64,000 bases of DNA from Takakia lepidozioides (lineage: Eukaryota; Plantae; Bryophyta), in contig CM060734.1 of assembly GCA_030704615.1 (NCBI GenBank), forward strand, positions 15,996,001 to 16,060,000, written 5' to 3'. The position numbers were made by a program, and so were the translations under genes. Of this stretch, positions 24,283-37,224 are shown one piece after another (within the stretch, counting starts at the first letter, position 1; the number at the start of each line of letters is the position of its first letter). The notes beneath the pieces are model-generated. The model saw only the letters and a program-made list of their open reading frames with translations, had not been told where the DNA came from and made no database searches.

Positions 24283-27200
24283 CACTACAGGAAAAAGAGG
24301 GCCTTTGCAACGCCCGCGCCACGCCGCAGCGTCGGAAAAATGCCCTTTTCGGGCACACGGGAGGCGCAAAATTTGCGACGCCCGGCCGTCGCCTTGCAGT
24401 CGCAAGGACGTCGCCAAAATGACGTCACAAAAATGCGACGTATGGGGGTCGCGAGCCCCCGTCCCAACTCCCGCGACTGTTGGATGTCGGTTTTTCAGGC
24501 CGTCCGCGCCGATGGCAGGAGCCTCTTCGAGTGACGTCTTGCCGTCGCGGCCCTCTAGCCGACAGCGTTGATGGGGGGTGCCGGCGTGGCGTTGCATTTT
24601 ATTTTTTTTTCTAACCTGCCCGGGAGTCAGCCGGGTGGTACGCCAAGCGACGCCCGTGCATTGCTGCAAACGACTATTGGGCGTGGCACAAAACAGCAGG
24701 AGACGGTCTCCACCACGCCCGGCGTGGGTTGTTGCGACGCTCCGGCGTCGCTTTTGTTTTAAATTTAATAATAATAAAAATGTGGCGCAGGCAGGGTGGC
24801 GGTCTCCGCGACGCCTGTTCGTCGTGGCTTGCGACCCCCGGACTAAAAAACACGTCACAGGGGTGTCGGGCGTTGCCGCCCGCAAATGGGGTTTGCGACG
24901 CCCGACGTCGCTGCTTGCGACGTGCTGTAGTCGCGAGGGCAGCCTGGTAGGGGGGGTTGGGGGTTCATTTTGGGGGTGAATTGGGGGTGGTTTTTTGTTT
25001 TTTTCCTGGTTTTGAATTTGGGGATGGGAGAACTTACAGTTCCATTTCTCTGAGTTAGCAGGTACACAATTGAGCAAGCATGAATCGAGGGTGAGGACGG
25101 TGCGACACATGAATAAGATGGAAGATGGAAAGATGGAAATAAATTTACAAGAAATGAACTGAAAAGCTCACAAGGGTTCAGCAGACTGACCCTGGGACCT
25201 ACATGGACTAGGACTAGTCATCCTCATCCTCATCCTTAGTGGAGGACTCAGAGCTATCTGATGAGCCTGATGACTCCGCGCCCTTTGCCAGAGCACGTAA
25301 ATGAGGCGGCGTTCTCCTAAGTCCCACAGAGCTCTCATCCAATCCCTGGGCATGACCCTTGACCTCATCCATACTAGTGCCTTGTAGTGCACTCATCCCC
25401 TCTGTGTTGGCCATGTTCTTCATGAGGGATTGCCAACCATGTTCCTTGGCGTAGTTGTACTCTACCGGAGATGGCTTCCTCTCAAACGCGCGTTGCTACA
25501 CATGCCACAAATTAAAGTCAGTTTTTCGCGATGATGGAGCCAGAAAGAAGACATAACAAAATCCATAGGGAAGTACAACTTACAAATCGCAAGATAAAAC
25601 CCTTGGATCCGCCGGCGCCGCACTTGTGTGTGGATTCGTGCTTGTCAAGGCGGATTGTTGTTGCTTCGCGTGCCCGGTTAAATTTGGCCTTGTTTGCGGC
25701 ATCAGTCTCTCCCGCAATGAGTGCATCCCACGATACCTATGCACCCCCCCCCCAACAATTAGTGAATTACACACATACGTTGCATCGAATCCACCTCATT
25801 AATGCACATGCGACAAATGGAAGGTGACATGATTCAGGATTTGCCAACCTGTGTAATTCCATAAGGTGGTTTGGGTATGGCCCCCTTTTCCATTGCCCTC
25901 CGAATGATCTGTCTGGCACGGTACCTCCTGTCCTTCAAGTTTTGCCCCACCATCTCCATCACCCTTGTGTCACTCCAATTGCCCGGAAACCGGCGGTCTA
26001 ACTCACGGGCATACGCCCGCTTCACGCCAAAGTGCTGATCAGCCCACTCGATGTGTAAAGGAAACCACCTCAATGCGAGTTCGAAGGCTGGCTTCTTCAT
26101 AGCCTCCCTGAACGCACCGCAAGGGTCACTATGGCGATTCACCTCCACCGGTGGCACCACGATCTTTGCCAACTCCACATCCTGTATCACCAAGGCCATC
26201 CCACCCTCTCCCTTCTTTGTAGCCTCTTCCCCTGCTCCTTTGTTACCCCACTGCCCTCCCCCGCATGCACACTCACCCCTTCCTCTCCATGGGACTTCTT
26301 TTTCTTCTTCTTTTCCTTCCCCTTCCCCACTACTTCCTCTCTCTCCTTCTCCCTCTCCCTTCTCTCTCTCTCCTCGGCAGCCCCTTCATTGATGGTAAAA
26401 GGGATCTCGAGAGATCGAGGCCTCTTCTTCTTACCTTTGGTGTTCGGGTCCTTCATGAACACCACGTGCTCTCCCTCGTTGGCAACCCCACTGGACTACA
26501 CCAATGAGGCCAGCCATGTTGCTACCTCCTGAAGACAAATAACCCCTCCAAATTCAAAAAAAGAAACAAACAACAAAGAAAATCATGCATGCAAAGGAAA
26601 GGATAAATCATGGAACAAGGTGCGACAGTTGTACCTTCGCAAGCTTGTCCAACTCGCCCCTGGTGTCACCCGATGTGGGAGGAGTCCCCGTTTCCGGATG
26701 TGCCCGCTCTATCCCCTCCCGGAGCGCCACTGGAAGTAGATTCCAGATGTGGAGCATAGCCGGCGGCGGCGCCCCGTAGTCCAGGCCCTTCTTTGCTGAC
26801 CGCTTAGGCTCAGGGGGCGATGTCGCTGATCGGCTAGGCTGCTCCAAACCGGCCCATACCTCCTCCTCTCCCACCCCACCCCCCCCCCCCCCCCAAAATG
26901 CGTATCAGGGTAGAAGCCATCACCCGGCTTGACTTCTTCGAGGCGCTTCGCTATCTTGGCCACTTCATTGGCCCTCCTCGTCTCCTCCTCCCTCATCGAC
27001 AACAATGGGCTGGCAATGGAGGCTTTCAAAGGCCCTTGAACCTGACGTTGGGCCTTGGCAAGTGCAACCTTTGCTGCGGAGGAAGGAGTCGCTATGGGGG
27101 TGACATCCAAAAGGTGCCCATACCGGGCCCCCGAACGGGTGATGTGCTTGCCAAGGTACATTTCACCCGTCTTGGTGGCCGGGGTGTGCTCAACTGAGCA

Positions 27201-27690
27201 TCCGGCTCAGCAACAACCTCCCGAATAGGAGAGCTGGCTGAGCCGGCCCCTGGCGCATCCAAGATGTGGACAAGAGGGGGGGTACTGGCCTCGGGGGGCA
27301 GACGAGCCCTCCGGCTACGGCTGTCGACGGGGCTGGTTAGCCGTGAGACGCCCTGGCGCGTCACACGTGCCGGCAGAGCAAACGGATTGTCCGCCCCTTT
27401 CTTTGGGGCATGGGACTTCTTCTCTTTCCCCATAAGCTGGCACCTGTCATGCAAACCCACAAGTTGGCCTCATTAGGAACATTCCAGATCAAAAACAAAA
27501 AAAACCAAGCATGTCGGGGGCTGAGAGCAGCAAGTGAGACCCCGAGAGGGGGCAACAAAGAGAAAAGAAAAAGGTGGGGGGGGGAGAAGTGACTGAGCAC
27601 CACTAGCAGCTGCTGAGCACCACGGACTCAGTCACCCCCCCCCCCCCCATTTATTTTTTTTGGTTTCCTGATCTCTCCCTCTCTCTGTCC
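24283..27690 (-). mobile_element. CACTA (En/Spm) transposon end with subterminal repeats and accessory gene
   Basis: Starts CACTACAGGAAAA exactly where the gypsy PHD breaks. Many GCGACG(CC) motifs in both orientations at 24300-24940. Second TIR not found. Confidence 0.8.
25214..27470 (-). pseudogene. Spliced CACTA accessory (TnpA/Ptta-like) gene, partial
   Basis: Minus-strand coding blocks separated by GT-AG introns: low-complexity N-part, acidic/basic tract, WFPLHIEWADQ...QNLKDRRYRAR..KPPYGIT, NPHKCGAGG, acidic C-tail. Family assignment is from context and weak motifs. Confidence 0.5.
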
Positions 27691-27696
27691 CTCTCT

Positions 27697-29435
27697 GTCC
27701 CTCTCTCCCTCTCCCTCTATGACTCTTTGGATTTCATCTGACCTTAACCTTTTGAGGTTATTTAGTTTTTCATCCCAGCCTTTTTCATCCAAATTTAGAT
27801 GATTTTATTATAGGGTGATGAAACTTAATGTACAGAAAGCTGGATTTACCATCTATTTCTTTCATCTAAACTGGATGATCTACATAAATAATGGTTACCT
27901 ATTATAAAATCCAAGAGAATAATAAAACTACCATCATAAATGATGGCAGTTATTAAACCTAAGCCTATACCATAACCCTAAAAGATACATTTCTATGGGA
28001 TGTCATCCATTGACAAGGTGCCTCTCTTGGTAAAATGTGATTTTTCATCCACCCTGGATAAAAAATCGGGAAGTTTTGCCCTAAGCAGGCCGACACACTT
28101 CACAACACTGAACTCGTGCTTCAGTGAACCTTGATGATGCGCCGTATAAACCTGCTCCCCTGCTGCTACATGGTACTCGTGATGGCTAGCTCTTGGGATG
28201 CGCATTGGTGGTTAAACAGATTCTTCTCTGGCAGACGACAAATCGGTGATCGCTTTGATCATAAACTCATGGTTCTTTATTTTGCAGCGGCGCTTTTACT
28301 CCTTGTTGGGAAGTACTCTATCCCTATTTATCTACAGATTACATGTTGCTCTCTCTTTGTGTATGAACCATTCTTTATCTGTGAACGCTTCAACTCCGAT
28401 TGCGTTCTGTTGGAGACGATCTGTTGGACGCCATGGCGCAGGGCATACCACAAACACTCAAGGTTTTTTGAGTTTACCCTTGCTTGAATTGTGATCTGTA
28501 CTTGCTTTAGAATTCAACACTGACATGGATAGCAACTGTGAAGACCTGCCATTTACCTGCTGCATCCTCACTAACACACATCGCTATGTGGTGGTTTTTG
28601 GGACGGGCACAGGTGAGGGTCTTCACTTGTCTTGATTTCTTGAAAGCTTGCAGCTCCTGTTCTTGCAAATGTGGATTCTGCTGCTGCTGATGCCATCTAC
28701 TATTTCAAACTGCCACCATACCGCTTCAGACCTGCTCCAAGATGGCTCCAATGAGGATCTGCTTCTCTCCTTACCCCTGTTTCTGGTTTTTTACAACCAC
28801 ATTTGCATGTGTAGGAGTTAAGCTATGAAGGATACAAGGATACAAAATAGCAGTTATTACTCTACCTGCCTTGATACTTGGCTCTGAAATGAAACTTCTT
28901 GGTATGACTCTGATGGATCAAAAGGATAGGCTTTGATAGATAACACACATTCTTCAAGGCCCTCATATCATTTTGGTTTCATGGCTTGATAACAAACAGG
29001 GGTTTCTGAGCTGCTCCTTCACCTTGGCAGAACTATTTTATGAGGCCTTAAAATACCATTCTAGGCCTATACCTGCTTAAGGGGGCTCTACCCTTTTGTT
29101 TCTTCTTTCTTTTTTAAGAATCTTGCTTATATCTTGGTTCTAAAACATCATCTTCAAACCAAACCTGCAATCTGGTTTTTGAAATGAGTTTGAAATGAAT
29201 TTTTGAGATGATGATGCATACTATGGTGCTTTCATGATATGAATGACCTGGAATCCCACCCTCCCGCCCTGTTTTTTCAGAGACCCTGAAATGTAATGGG
29301 GTATTCAAATGAGATTGTAAACATGAAAGGGAATGTTAGATGGTGTCCTGTAAAGGGCTGTTTTGTCTTTCAATGACAATGACCTTAGCGGTCTTGTCCA
29401 TGTCTTGACATGACATGTATATCTTCCCTCTCTTT
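27697..29435 (+). repeat. Direct repeat / pseudo-LTR, 5' copy
   Basis: Near-identical to 34703-36437 (a few substitutions, one ~13-bp indel). No TG..CA ends. Both ends are CCCTCTCT-like. Confidence 0.93.
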
Positions 29436-29629
29436 ATTTGATCAGTGTACTTAGTGGTTTTTGTACACACCATCTACCCTTACCCTTCTCCTTTTCACCT
29501 TCTCATTTTGATATATTGACAAATGTTCTCGGGGGGCTTTGACAGAAAGTCACCAAAAGAGGTCCTAGCTGGAATGAGGACCTCATAGCCCTGGGGTATC
29601 AGTCCCCACTACCTCCTCCAATTCCTATT

Positions 29630-31600
29630 GTGCAGGCAACCCTCGCACAAGTCACACCAAGTGACTTCCATGCTGCATTGCAAAAGATGGATACTGAGGC
29701 CGTGGAAAATTCAGGTGATGAAAACCCCGTGTTATTACTTGAAACCTTGGCTTTGGAAAATTGGGTGGCACTTGGCATCATGGCAAATAAGAATGGCAGG
29801 TACCTGGAGAAGCTCCAGGAATTCAATACTAAAATGATTGAGGTACTGGAAGATGATGTCGAGGAGCTGATACAATGGGAAAAGAAGGGATCAGCCATTG
29901 AGGCAGCTCTTAGAATGGCGAACCCAGAAGATGACCAGACTGTCTCCACGCATAAATCTACAAACACCTCTGAAAAAGACTTCATCCCTTCTGTAAGTAA
30001 TCACCCAATCCTTGGGCACATGATTTTACCGGATGAAGAAAAAGAGGCAGTGAGAGAATTCTGTGAACAAGTAGAAATCTCACAAGTGGAACAAGAAAGG
30101 GTAGCAGGTGCCACTCCTGGAAATCTGCAGTTTGTCCCTTGGTTGCCTCCCCGTGCAGTTGAATTAGAGGTTGCCAATAACGACCACATGATGTGGCACC
30201 CACATGCTAATATCAATTTATTGGCACCCATTTCTATTGAAATGTGGGTCAAATGGGGCAACATAACTCCTGCTGAACGCAGTAGATGTGCATAGGATGC
30301 TAAGGAGGGTTTTCAAAGAATAAAAAAGGAACCTATTGTTGTGGCATGGCCACTAAGGACCTTCTACTACAAGCTCTGTGACAAAGGTGAGAACCTTACC
30401 TTGAGGACCAAAAATGACTTGCCGACTGGTTCGGCCAGATCCAAAAATCACAAGAGTCAACTCTTCAACTGGCATCGTCCCTACATAAGATGTAATTGTG
30501 GACAAGGAGGGGCACCCTCTTCTTGCATTGGGAGTGTTGCTTGGTTTGACCATATGGTATGGTATATGCTGAACAATCTGATTGTGTTCTTCCCTGATGA
30601 TGCCTATCCTTCGATGCAAACCAAGTATTACAGCTTTCTGGTGTGGATCATGCGGGCTGCCAGATCTGCTGTACTTGCACAAATTACCTTCCAGATGACC
30701 CGGGGCTTCATAATGGAAGCAGCTTGTGAATTCTCAATTGACCCACAAGCCAAGTTGCTTGGGAAGTTAGGAGAATCCAAGGGGGCCAGATACATTGAGA
30801 AACTTGTGAAACCTGGGTCTTTTTCAGACAGCCTTCCTAGGCCACAATTCAATAGCTACAAACGGCAGCGTATGGAGGGGTAGACGCCTCCTCAACAAGG
30901 CAAGAACAATGCCACTCGAGGCAGAGGCACCCCTGGTCGTGGAAGAGGTCTCTTCCAAAGAGGAGGACGCTCTGGCAGGGGACAATACTCTACCAACACC
31001 TCTGAGAATTCAAGAGCAACGAATCGGTCATCACTTGGGGGTTCGGGTGCTAATTCCAGTACCACCATCAACATCGCCAGCCAGGAGTCATACAAGACTC
31101 GTCGTATCACTGACGAGTTCTGGATGGATCTTTTGTGGCCAAATCTGGTCCTTGGTTATATGCCCTTGAATGTTTACCTATTTTCCAAAACGGTAAGACA
31201 TTGGTAGATGCGAAGAGAATGATTCAGGCATTGTATTCAAGTCGCTTTAGGATAAATAATACCAAAGTAACCTGCAGGCCTGATGGGATGAGCAATTCAG
31301 ATTCTTTGTGTTTTCCTATGGATGATTGCATGGCATGTAAATCTGATTACAGCCTGTTATGGTAATGATTTCCCTACCCCAGACATAGAACTTGGTCTTG
31401 GGGCATGGAATAAGAGGTGGGAATATTACTCTACCCTGTCATTGAAATTACACACCAGCCCCAGATCTAAAACAGATCAGGGGGCAAAAAACATGGTGTC
31501 AATAAGTGACTTGATGTGCAAAATAGGGCAGCTGATTACCCCCTGTTGTATAAGCTGCCAAATATCAGTCCGTAACCCTACTTTGGTGATGTTCTTTATG
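29630..31600 (+). pseudogene. N-terminal ORF region of the Penelope-like element (acidic/helical part, Cys cluster, RG-rich tract)
   Basis: ORFs 29630-30295 and 30341-30883 are in one frame, separated by TAG, and continue into RGRGTPGRGRG. Function unknown. Confidence 0.6.
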
Positions 31601-31669
31601 TAAAGAAATGCTCTTATTTTGTTCTTAAGCCTTCTATGATCATAAATGGCTTCTTTAAGACAAACAGAC

Positions 31670-32097
31670 ATTTCCAGCCATGAACAGTGATCAATGGATC
31701 TTTATTTGGACATGGATACTTACTGCTCAGTCACTTTGGTATGTCCCATGATACAAAGAACCCAAAACTATACTAGTTTTTGGGCCAACGATAAATTAGG
31801 ATGGTTGGTTATGCCTTGGTATGTAAGCTGACCAAAAAATACAGACTGAATGACATGACATGGCATATCATGAATGGCACTTTTTAGCATGCTGAACAAC
31901 GGTTTCCTGCTATGAACAGTGGTAATCGAGTCTCTAATTTCCCCCACCCACAGACTTCGTTGACTTTGAAGTCTGGGATTTGTCATAAAGCTGACTTGTG
32001 AATGAAGAATGGTTGATAATGAGGCCGATTTGTCGTTCATTTTACAATGACCTTGTCAGGTCTTTGTCCATGTCTCGACGAGACATAAGTATCTTCC
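31670..32097 (+). mobile_element. Short insertion ending in a diverged copy of the pseudo-LTR 3' terminus
   Basis: 32044-32097 ACAATGACCTT..GGTCTTTGTCCATGTCTCGACGAGACATAAGTATCTTCC resembles 29376-29427. It interrupts coding sequence; the left boundary is approximate. Confidence 0.55.
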
Positions 32098-32161
32098 AGT
32101 TTGGCACGGTATCAAGTGTCCTAGAGTAACCGGCTTCTAAAAGAGGCTAAGTTTCTAGTGC

Positions 32162-34423
32162 TTGTACATTCAAGAACACTGTCTGGATCATGGACAGATC
32201 TTTAAAAATCTCATTTTTGGTATGTTCCTGTACTTTGTATGTGCAGATGCGTTGTTTGGTCTTGAGGATGGTTGCAGACAAATTGAAACTCACACCCATG
32301 GCAGGAAATTCATAAAACAGGCAGCAAAACCTGCTCCCTTGGGATTCATTCATATGTTGTACCCAAACCGTGGTATGGAGTGGATAAACCCTAGGAACTT
32401 GATAAAAGAAGCTTTTTTGGAATTTGGACAAAATGACTTGGCTATTCTCATCGATGAGATAGTTTTTGGATGGACATATCATAAACAAAGCAGCTCTGAA
32501 TACTATCAGCCTGCTGCTGTTTTCCGTGATTTTTGCTTTATGCAAGACCTGATTCACTCACCAGATTGTCTATGTGACAGTGCCAAGAGGTTTCATGATT
32601 TTCGGGATGTGGATACAAAAACAGAATTCCATCTATCTGGTTCTACACCTACGCAACACGTACGTACCATGGACCTGAATATTATTAGACACGCAAGGCT
32701 GAAAGAACTATTCAGCCTAGGTATGAATCACATCCCTCTCAAACGTACTTTGCTGAAAGACGTTGTTGAACAAGTGTCTTTGGCTTTCCACAGAACCTGT
32801 GAAATTTTACATGTAGACCCATGTGAATCTTGGGCCGCAACCTACAGCCAATGGGTAAAAAACACATGCTGGGATAGATTGAAACAAAAGCCGGCAGAGG
32901 AAGGTACGACTTCACTCACCATGAGCGCAATCCTCTTATTGTAAAAGAGGCAAAAGATGAACTTTCATGGCTTCTCAATCACCTGTATTTTTCTAGTCTT
33001 GACAATGCTAACAACAACGTATGTTTTATGTGTGTAAAGCACATAAGAACTCAAGCCTTCCACAGATTGATGGGTAAAGACTTTACACCATGCAAGCAAG
33101 CTGAGGTATGGCTGCCACCTGACCTTGTTCTAGGAAACATTTCCGTGGAAATACAGAGTCTGATTCCGGAGATACCTGTTCCCTTCTATAGACTACCTTA
33201 CATTATGGGAATCTACAAGCTACATAAGAAAAAATACAGATGGATTACCAATGCCCATAAATGTGTTTTCAGTGAACTAGCTAGCCTTCTTACAAGGGCT
33301 ACCATGGATCTTCTACCATTGGTAAAAGAATGGGCCAAGACAAGGCTGGATACTTATGAGCAATTTTTCAAAGTATCTACTGCTATGTATTGGATTATTG
33401 ACTCCATCACTGACTTTACACTAAACCTGCCTGAAAAAGTCCATAACATCTTTGTTGCTGACATTACACAATGCTATGAGAACATACCTTTGACAGGACA
33501 TGATAACTTAGGGGACGCCATTGAATACGTGGTGAAGATTGCATTCCAGCAACACCATCGGTCTCACCCCCGAGCACGTCATACTCTATGGATTCCAGCC
33601 AAAAACGGTACTTTCGAAAAAAGTAGATGGGGCACGTCTTCCCCAAAATCAGGTACCTGGATTGAACTTTATGAAGTCAATCTACTTATGCTCCACAAAT
33701 GGCTTATGTCACACTGTTTTGTCGCCTTAGGGGACGTGTGTGGCAGCAGATTTCTGGAATACCTATGGGTTTTTCCTGCTCACCATTATGGTGCAACATA
33801 TACTTCCTTTCTTATGAAATCAAATTCATCTTAAGGCTTGCAGCTTTAGGACAATTCCAGCTTATGCCTATGTTTAAATCTGCCTTCAGATACATTGATG
33901 ATATATGCTGGCTGAATGTGGGTGATGCAATGCTATTCCTGGACCCATGGGCAGACAGAAGCAGCAACAACCCTTGGTGGATCTACCCACTCAATGTAAT
34001 GGAGATCAAACCTTAGCTACTACGCACTAAAACCGATTCCCAATACGTGGGGTTGGAAGCTTGTTTCATGAATATCCAGATTACAGTCTCAAACAGTGAC
34101 ACAGGTGAGTTCCATTTCAGAAATATGACAAGAGAATACTACTTCCTTTCTCTTACACTCAATATATCCAGTTCTTATCCAATAGGCATGTGAATCAATC
34201 TTATAACATTGTGATTTCACAAGCTGTGCCTATTCTATACATTTCCAGCAATGCTGATTTGGCTGGGAAGGAGTGTAGCATTCTGATTAACACTCTTGGG
34301 AGGAATGGTTTCAAGACCAGAAAACTTGCTCGTATCTTGACAAAATTCCTTGAACGTGGTTCATTCCCTGGCCTGCTCTTCCCTGTACAAGAGCTTATTG
34401 AGAAACTGAAAGGTACTTTCTAA
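32162..34423 (+). pseudogene. Penelope-type reverse transcriptase, frameshifted
   Basis: ORFs 32162-32944, 33028-33834, 33699-34016 and 34190-34423 carry successive RT motifs through YIDD and the thumb. No C-terminal GIY-YIG. Confidence 0.88.
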
Positions 34424-34702
34424 AAACTTATACAAAGCTAAGTTATACCATTGAACTCTCCGTTCTTCTCTAGTGATACTATACTAGTTTTGCTATGATA
34501 CATTTTATGCCATCGTTTCATTCTTGATCCGAGGAAGTGAGGATGTAGGATTCTACTCCTTTGGATAATATAATCTAAGGATAGAACTACATGGAAGAGG
34601 GAAAACCTTATGAGAAGAGGTCTGGTATGCACTCCCTTACGGGGTGAGTGCATACCACACTCACTCCGTAAGGTTCTGCCATGCCAGGGGATTGGCTGGT
34701 GG

Positions 34703-36437
34703 GTCCCTCTCTCTCCCTCTCTCCCTCTCCCTCTATAACTCTTTGGATTTCATCTGACCTTAACCTTTTGAGGTTATTTAGTTTTTCATCCCAACCTTTT
34801 TCATCCAAATTTGGATGATTTTATTATAGGGTGATGAAACTTAATGTACAGAAAGCTGGATTTACCATCTATTTCTTTCATCTAAACTGGATGATCTACA
34901 TAAATAATGGTTACCTATTATAAAATCCAAGAGAATAATAAAACTACCATCATAAATGATGGCAAGCCTATACCATAACCCTAAACGATACATTTCTATG
35001 GGATGTCATCCATTGACAAGGTGCCTCTCTTGGTAAAATGTGATTTTTCATCCACCCTGGATAAAAAATCGGGAAGTTTTGCCCTAAGCAGGCCGACACA
35101 CTTCACAGCACTGAACTCGTGCTTCAGTGAACCTTGATGATGCGCCGTATAAACCTGCTCCCCTGCTGCTACATGGTACTCGTGATGGCTGGCTCTTGGG
35201 ATGCGCATTGGTGGTTAAACAGATTCTTCTCTGGCAGACGACAAAGCGGTGATCGTTTTGATCATAAACTCATGGTTCTTTATTTTGCAGCGGCGCTTTT
35301 ACTCCTTGTTGGGAAGTACTCTATCCCTATTTATCTACAGATTACATGTTGCTCTCTCTTTGTGTATGAGCCATTCTTTATCTGTGAACGCTTCAACTCT
35401 TATTGCGTTCTGTTGGAGACGATCTGTTGGACGCCATGGCACAGGGCATACCACAAACACTCAAGGTTTTTTGAGTTTACCCTTGCTTGAATTGTGATCT
35501 GTACTTGCTTTAGAATTCAACACTGACATGGATAGCAACTGTGAAGACCTGCCATTTACCTGCTGCATCCTCACTAACACACATCGCTATGTGGTGGTTT
35601 TTGGGACGGGCACAGGTGAGGGTCTTCATTTGTCTTGATTTCTTGAAAGCTTGCAGCTCCTGTTCTTGCAAATGTGGATTCTGCTGCTGCTGATGCCATC
35701 TACTATTTCAAACTGCCACCATACCGCTTCAGACCTGCTCCAAGATGGCTCCAATGAGGATCTGCTTCTCTCCTTACCCCTGTTTCTGGTTTTTTACAAC
35801 CACATTTGCATGTGTAGGAGTTAAGCTATGAAGGATACAAGGATACAAAATAGCAGTTATTACTCTACCTGCCTTGATACTTGGCTCTGAAATGAAACTT
35901 CTTGGTATGACTCTGATGGATCAAAAGGATAGGCTTTGATAGATAACACACATTCTTCAAGGCCCTCATATCATTTTGGTTTCATGGCTTGATAACAAAC
36001 AGGGGTTTCTGAGCTGCTCTTTCACCTTGGCAGAACTATTTTATGAGGCCTTAAAATACCATTCTAGGCCTATACTTGCTTAAGGGGGCTCTACCCTTTT
36101 GTTTCTTCTTTCTTTTTTAAGAATCTTGCTTATATCTTGGTTCTAAAACATCATCTTCAAACCAAACCTGCAATCTGGTTTTTGAAATGAGTTTGAAATG
36201 AATTTTTGAGATGATGATGCATACTATGGTGCTTTCATGATATGAATGACCTGGAATCCCACCCTCCCGCCCTGTTTTTTCAGAGACCCTGAAATGTAAT
36301 GGGGTATTCAAATGAGATTGTAAACATGAAAGGGAATGTTAGATGGTGTCCTGTAAAGGGCTGTTTTGTCTTTCAATGACAATGACCTTAGCGGTCTTGT
36401 CCATGTCTTGACATGACATGTATATCTTCTCTCTCTT
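34703..36437 (+). repeat. Direct repeat / pseudo-LTR, 3' copy
   Basis: Near-identical to 27697-29435; duplicated ORFs appear in the track (28131/35134, 29114/36117). Confidence 0.93.
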
Positions 36438-37222
36438 TTTTGCTGTTCACAAAAGTAAACAAACCACAAGGGAGAGAGGGTGCAGAAAAAGATAAAAGAT
36501 TGTACTCATAAGACGTTGTTTGCCGTAGCCTTGTGGCCATTGACCCCACGCCCAGTTTGAGCGGAAAAAAAAGGGACAGAACCTGCCTCTGTCAGGGGCT
36601 AACGTTGGTAGTAAGACTTACCTTCATATATAGAATTAATCTAGGTTTTCCAGATATCCTCTAGAAATCCCTTCACACAAGCATCAAACTGTTGTGTATG
36701 ATTTGCCCAATAACTAGGCCTCAGGAGGGCCTGGGCTTTTGGCTCAGCCTTGAGACTTTCAAAGTTGGTAAACAGAGGTACAGGCACAATTCCCTTGATA
36801 GATTTGAAGAGAACGTCTCTTTGGTGAGAGAACCCCGGACAGTGTATCAGAAAATGAGTACTGTCTTCAGATTGCCCACACAATGGGCAATTGCACTCTC
36901 TCTTTCCTCACTGCTTCTGTTTGCTGTTCAAAGGTAGGCTTCCTGCCCTGAGTTTAAAGTTTAGTCTAGTGCCGAGAGTGGGTAGACCCTTGAGGTCATC
37001 CAAGATGTCCTCCCCCATGTCACTAACTGGAAACAAGTTCAGGGAAGTTTTCTGCCTAACTTCATTTTCATCAGACAATCTCATGGCAACAGACATGGCT
37101 TTGGACACTACAACCTCTAAGTCAGATTTATCAACCTATATTGCAGATCCGTACTCCAAGGCAGGTCTAATAATGCGACAAAGCATGGTTTTCTTAACCT
37201 CAGAGTTGACCCCTTTGCAGAA
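36438..37222 (-). mobile_element. 3' fragment of a non-LTR retrotransposon (RTEX/L2/CR1-like ORF2 end with CCHC)
   Basis: KKTMLCRIIRPALEYG, LNFKLRAGSLPLN, CPLCGQSEDSTHFLIHCP. A-run at its 3' end. Confidence 0.75.
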
Positions 37223-37224
37223 AA

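Larger units (their letters stand above)
27697..36437 (+). mobile_element. Penelope-like retroelement (Naiad/Chlamys-like RT) with long direct terminal repeats
   Basis: RT motifs HVRTMDLNII..LKELFSLG, LDNANNNVCFMC, LPYIMGIYKLHK..RWI, ADITQCYENIP, QISGIPMGFSCSP, FRYIDD. Flanked by two near-identical ~1.74-kb repeats. Confidence 0.82.

Noticed and set aside
28131-28494. Hydrophobic ORFs duplicated in both long repeats
   Set aside because: Conservation is explained by recent duplication; no recognisable domain.
27697-36437. LTR retrotransposon; hammerhead ribozyme in the repeats; selenocysteine recoding
   Set aside because: Repeats lack TG..CA ends, PBS and PPT, and the RT is PLE-type. No CUGAnGA..GAAA core found by eye (an Infernal search would be needed). 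The in-frame stops I checked are TAG and frameshifts are present, so decay is simpler.
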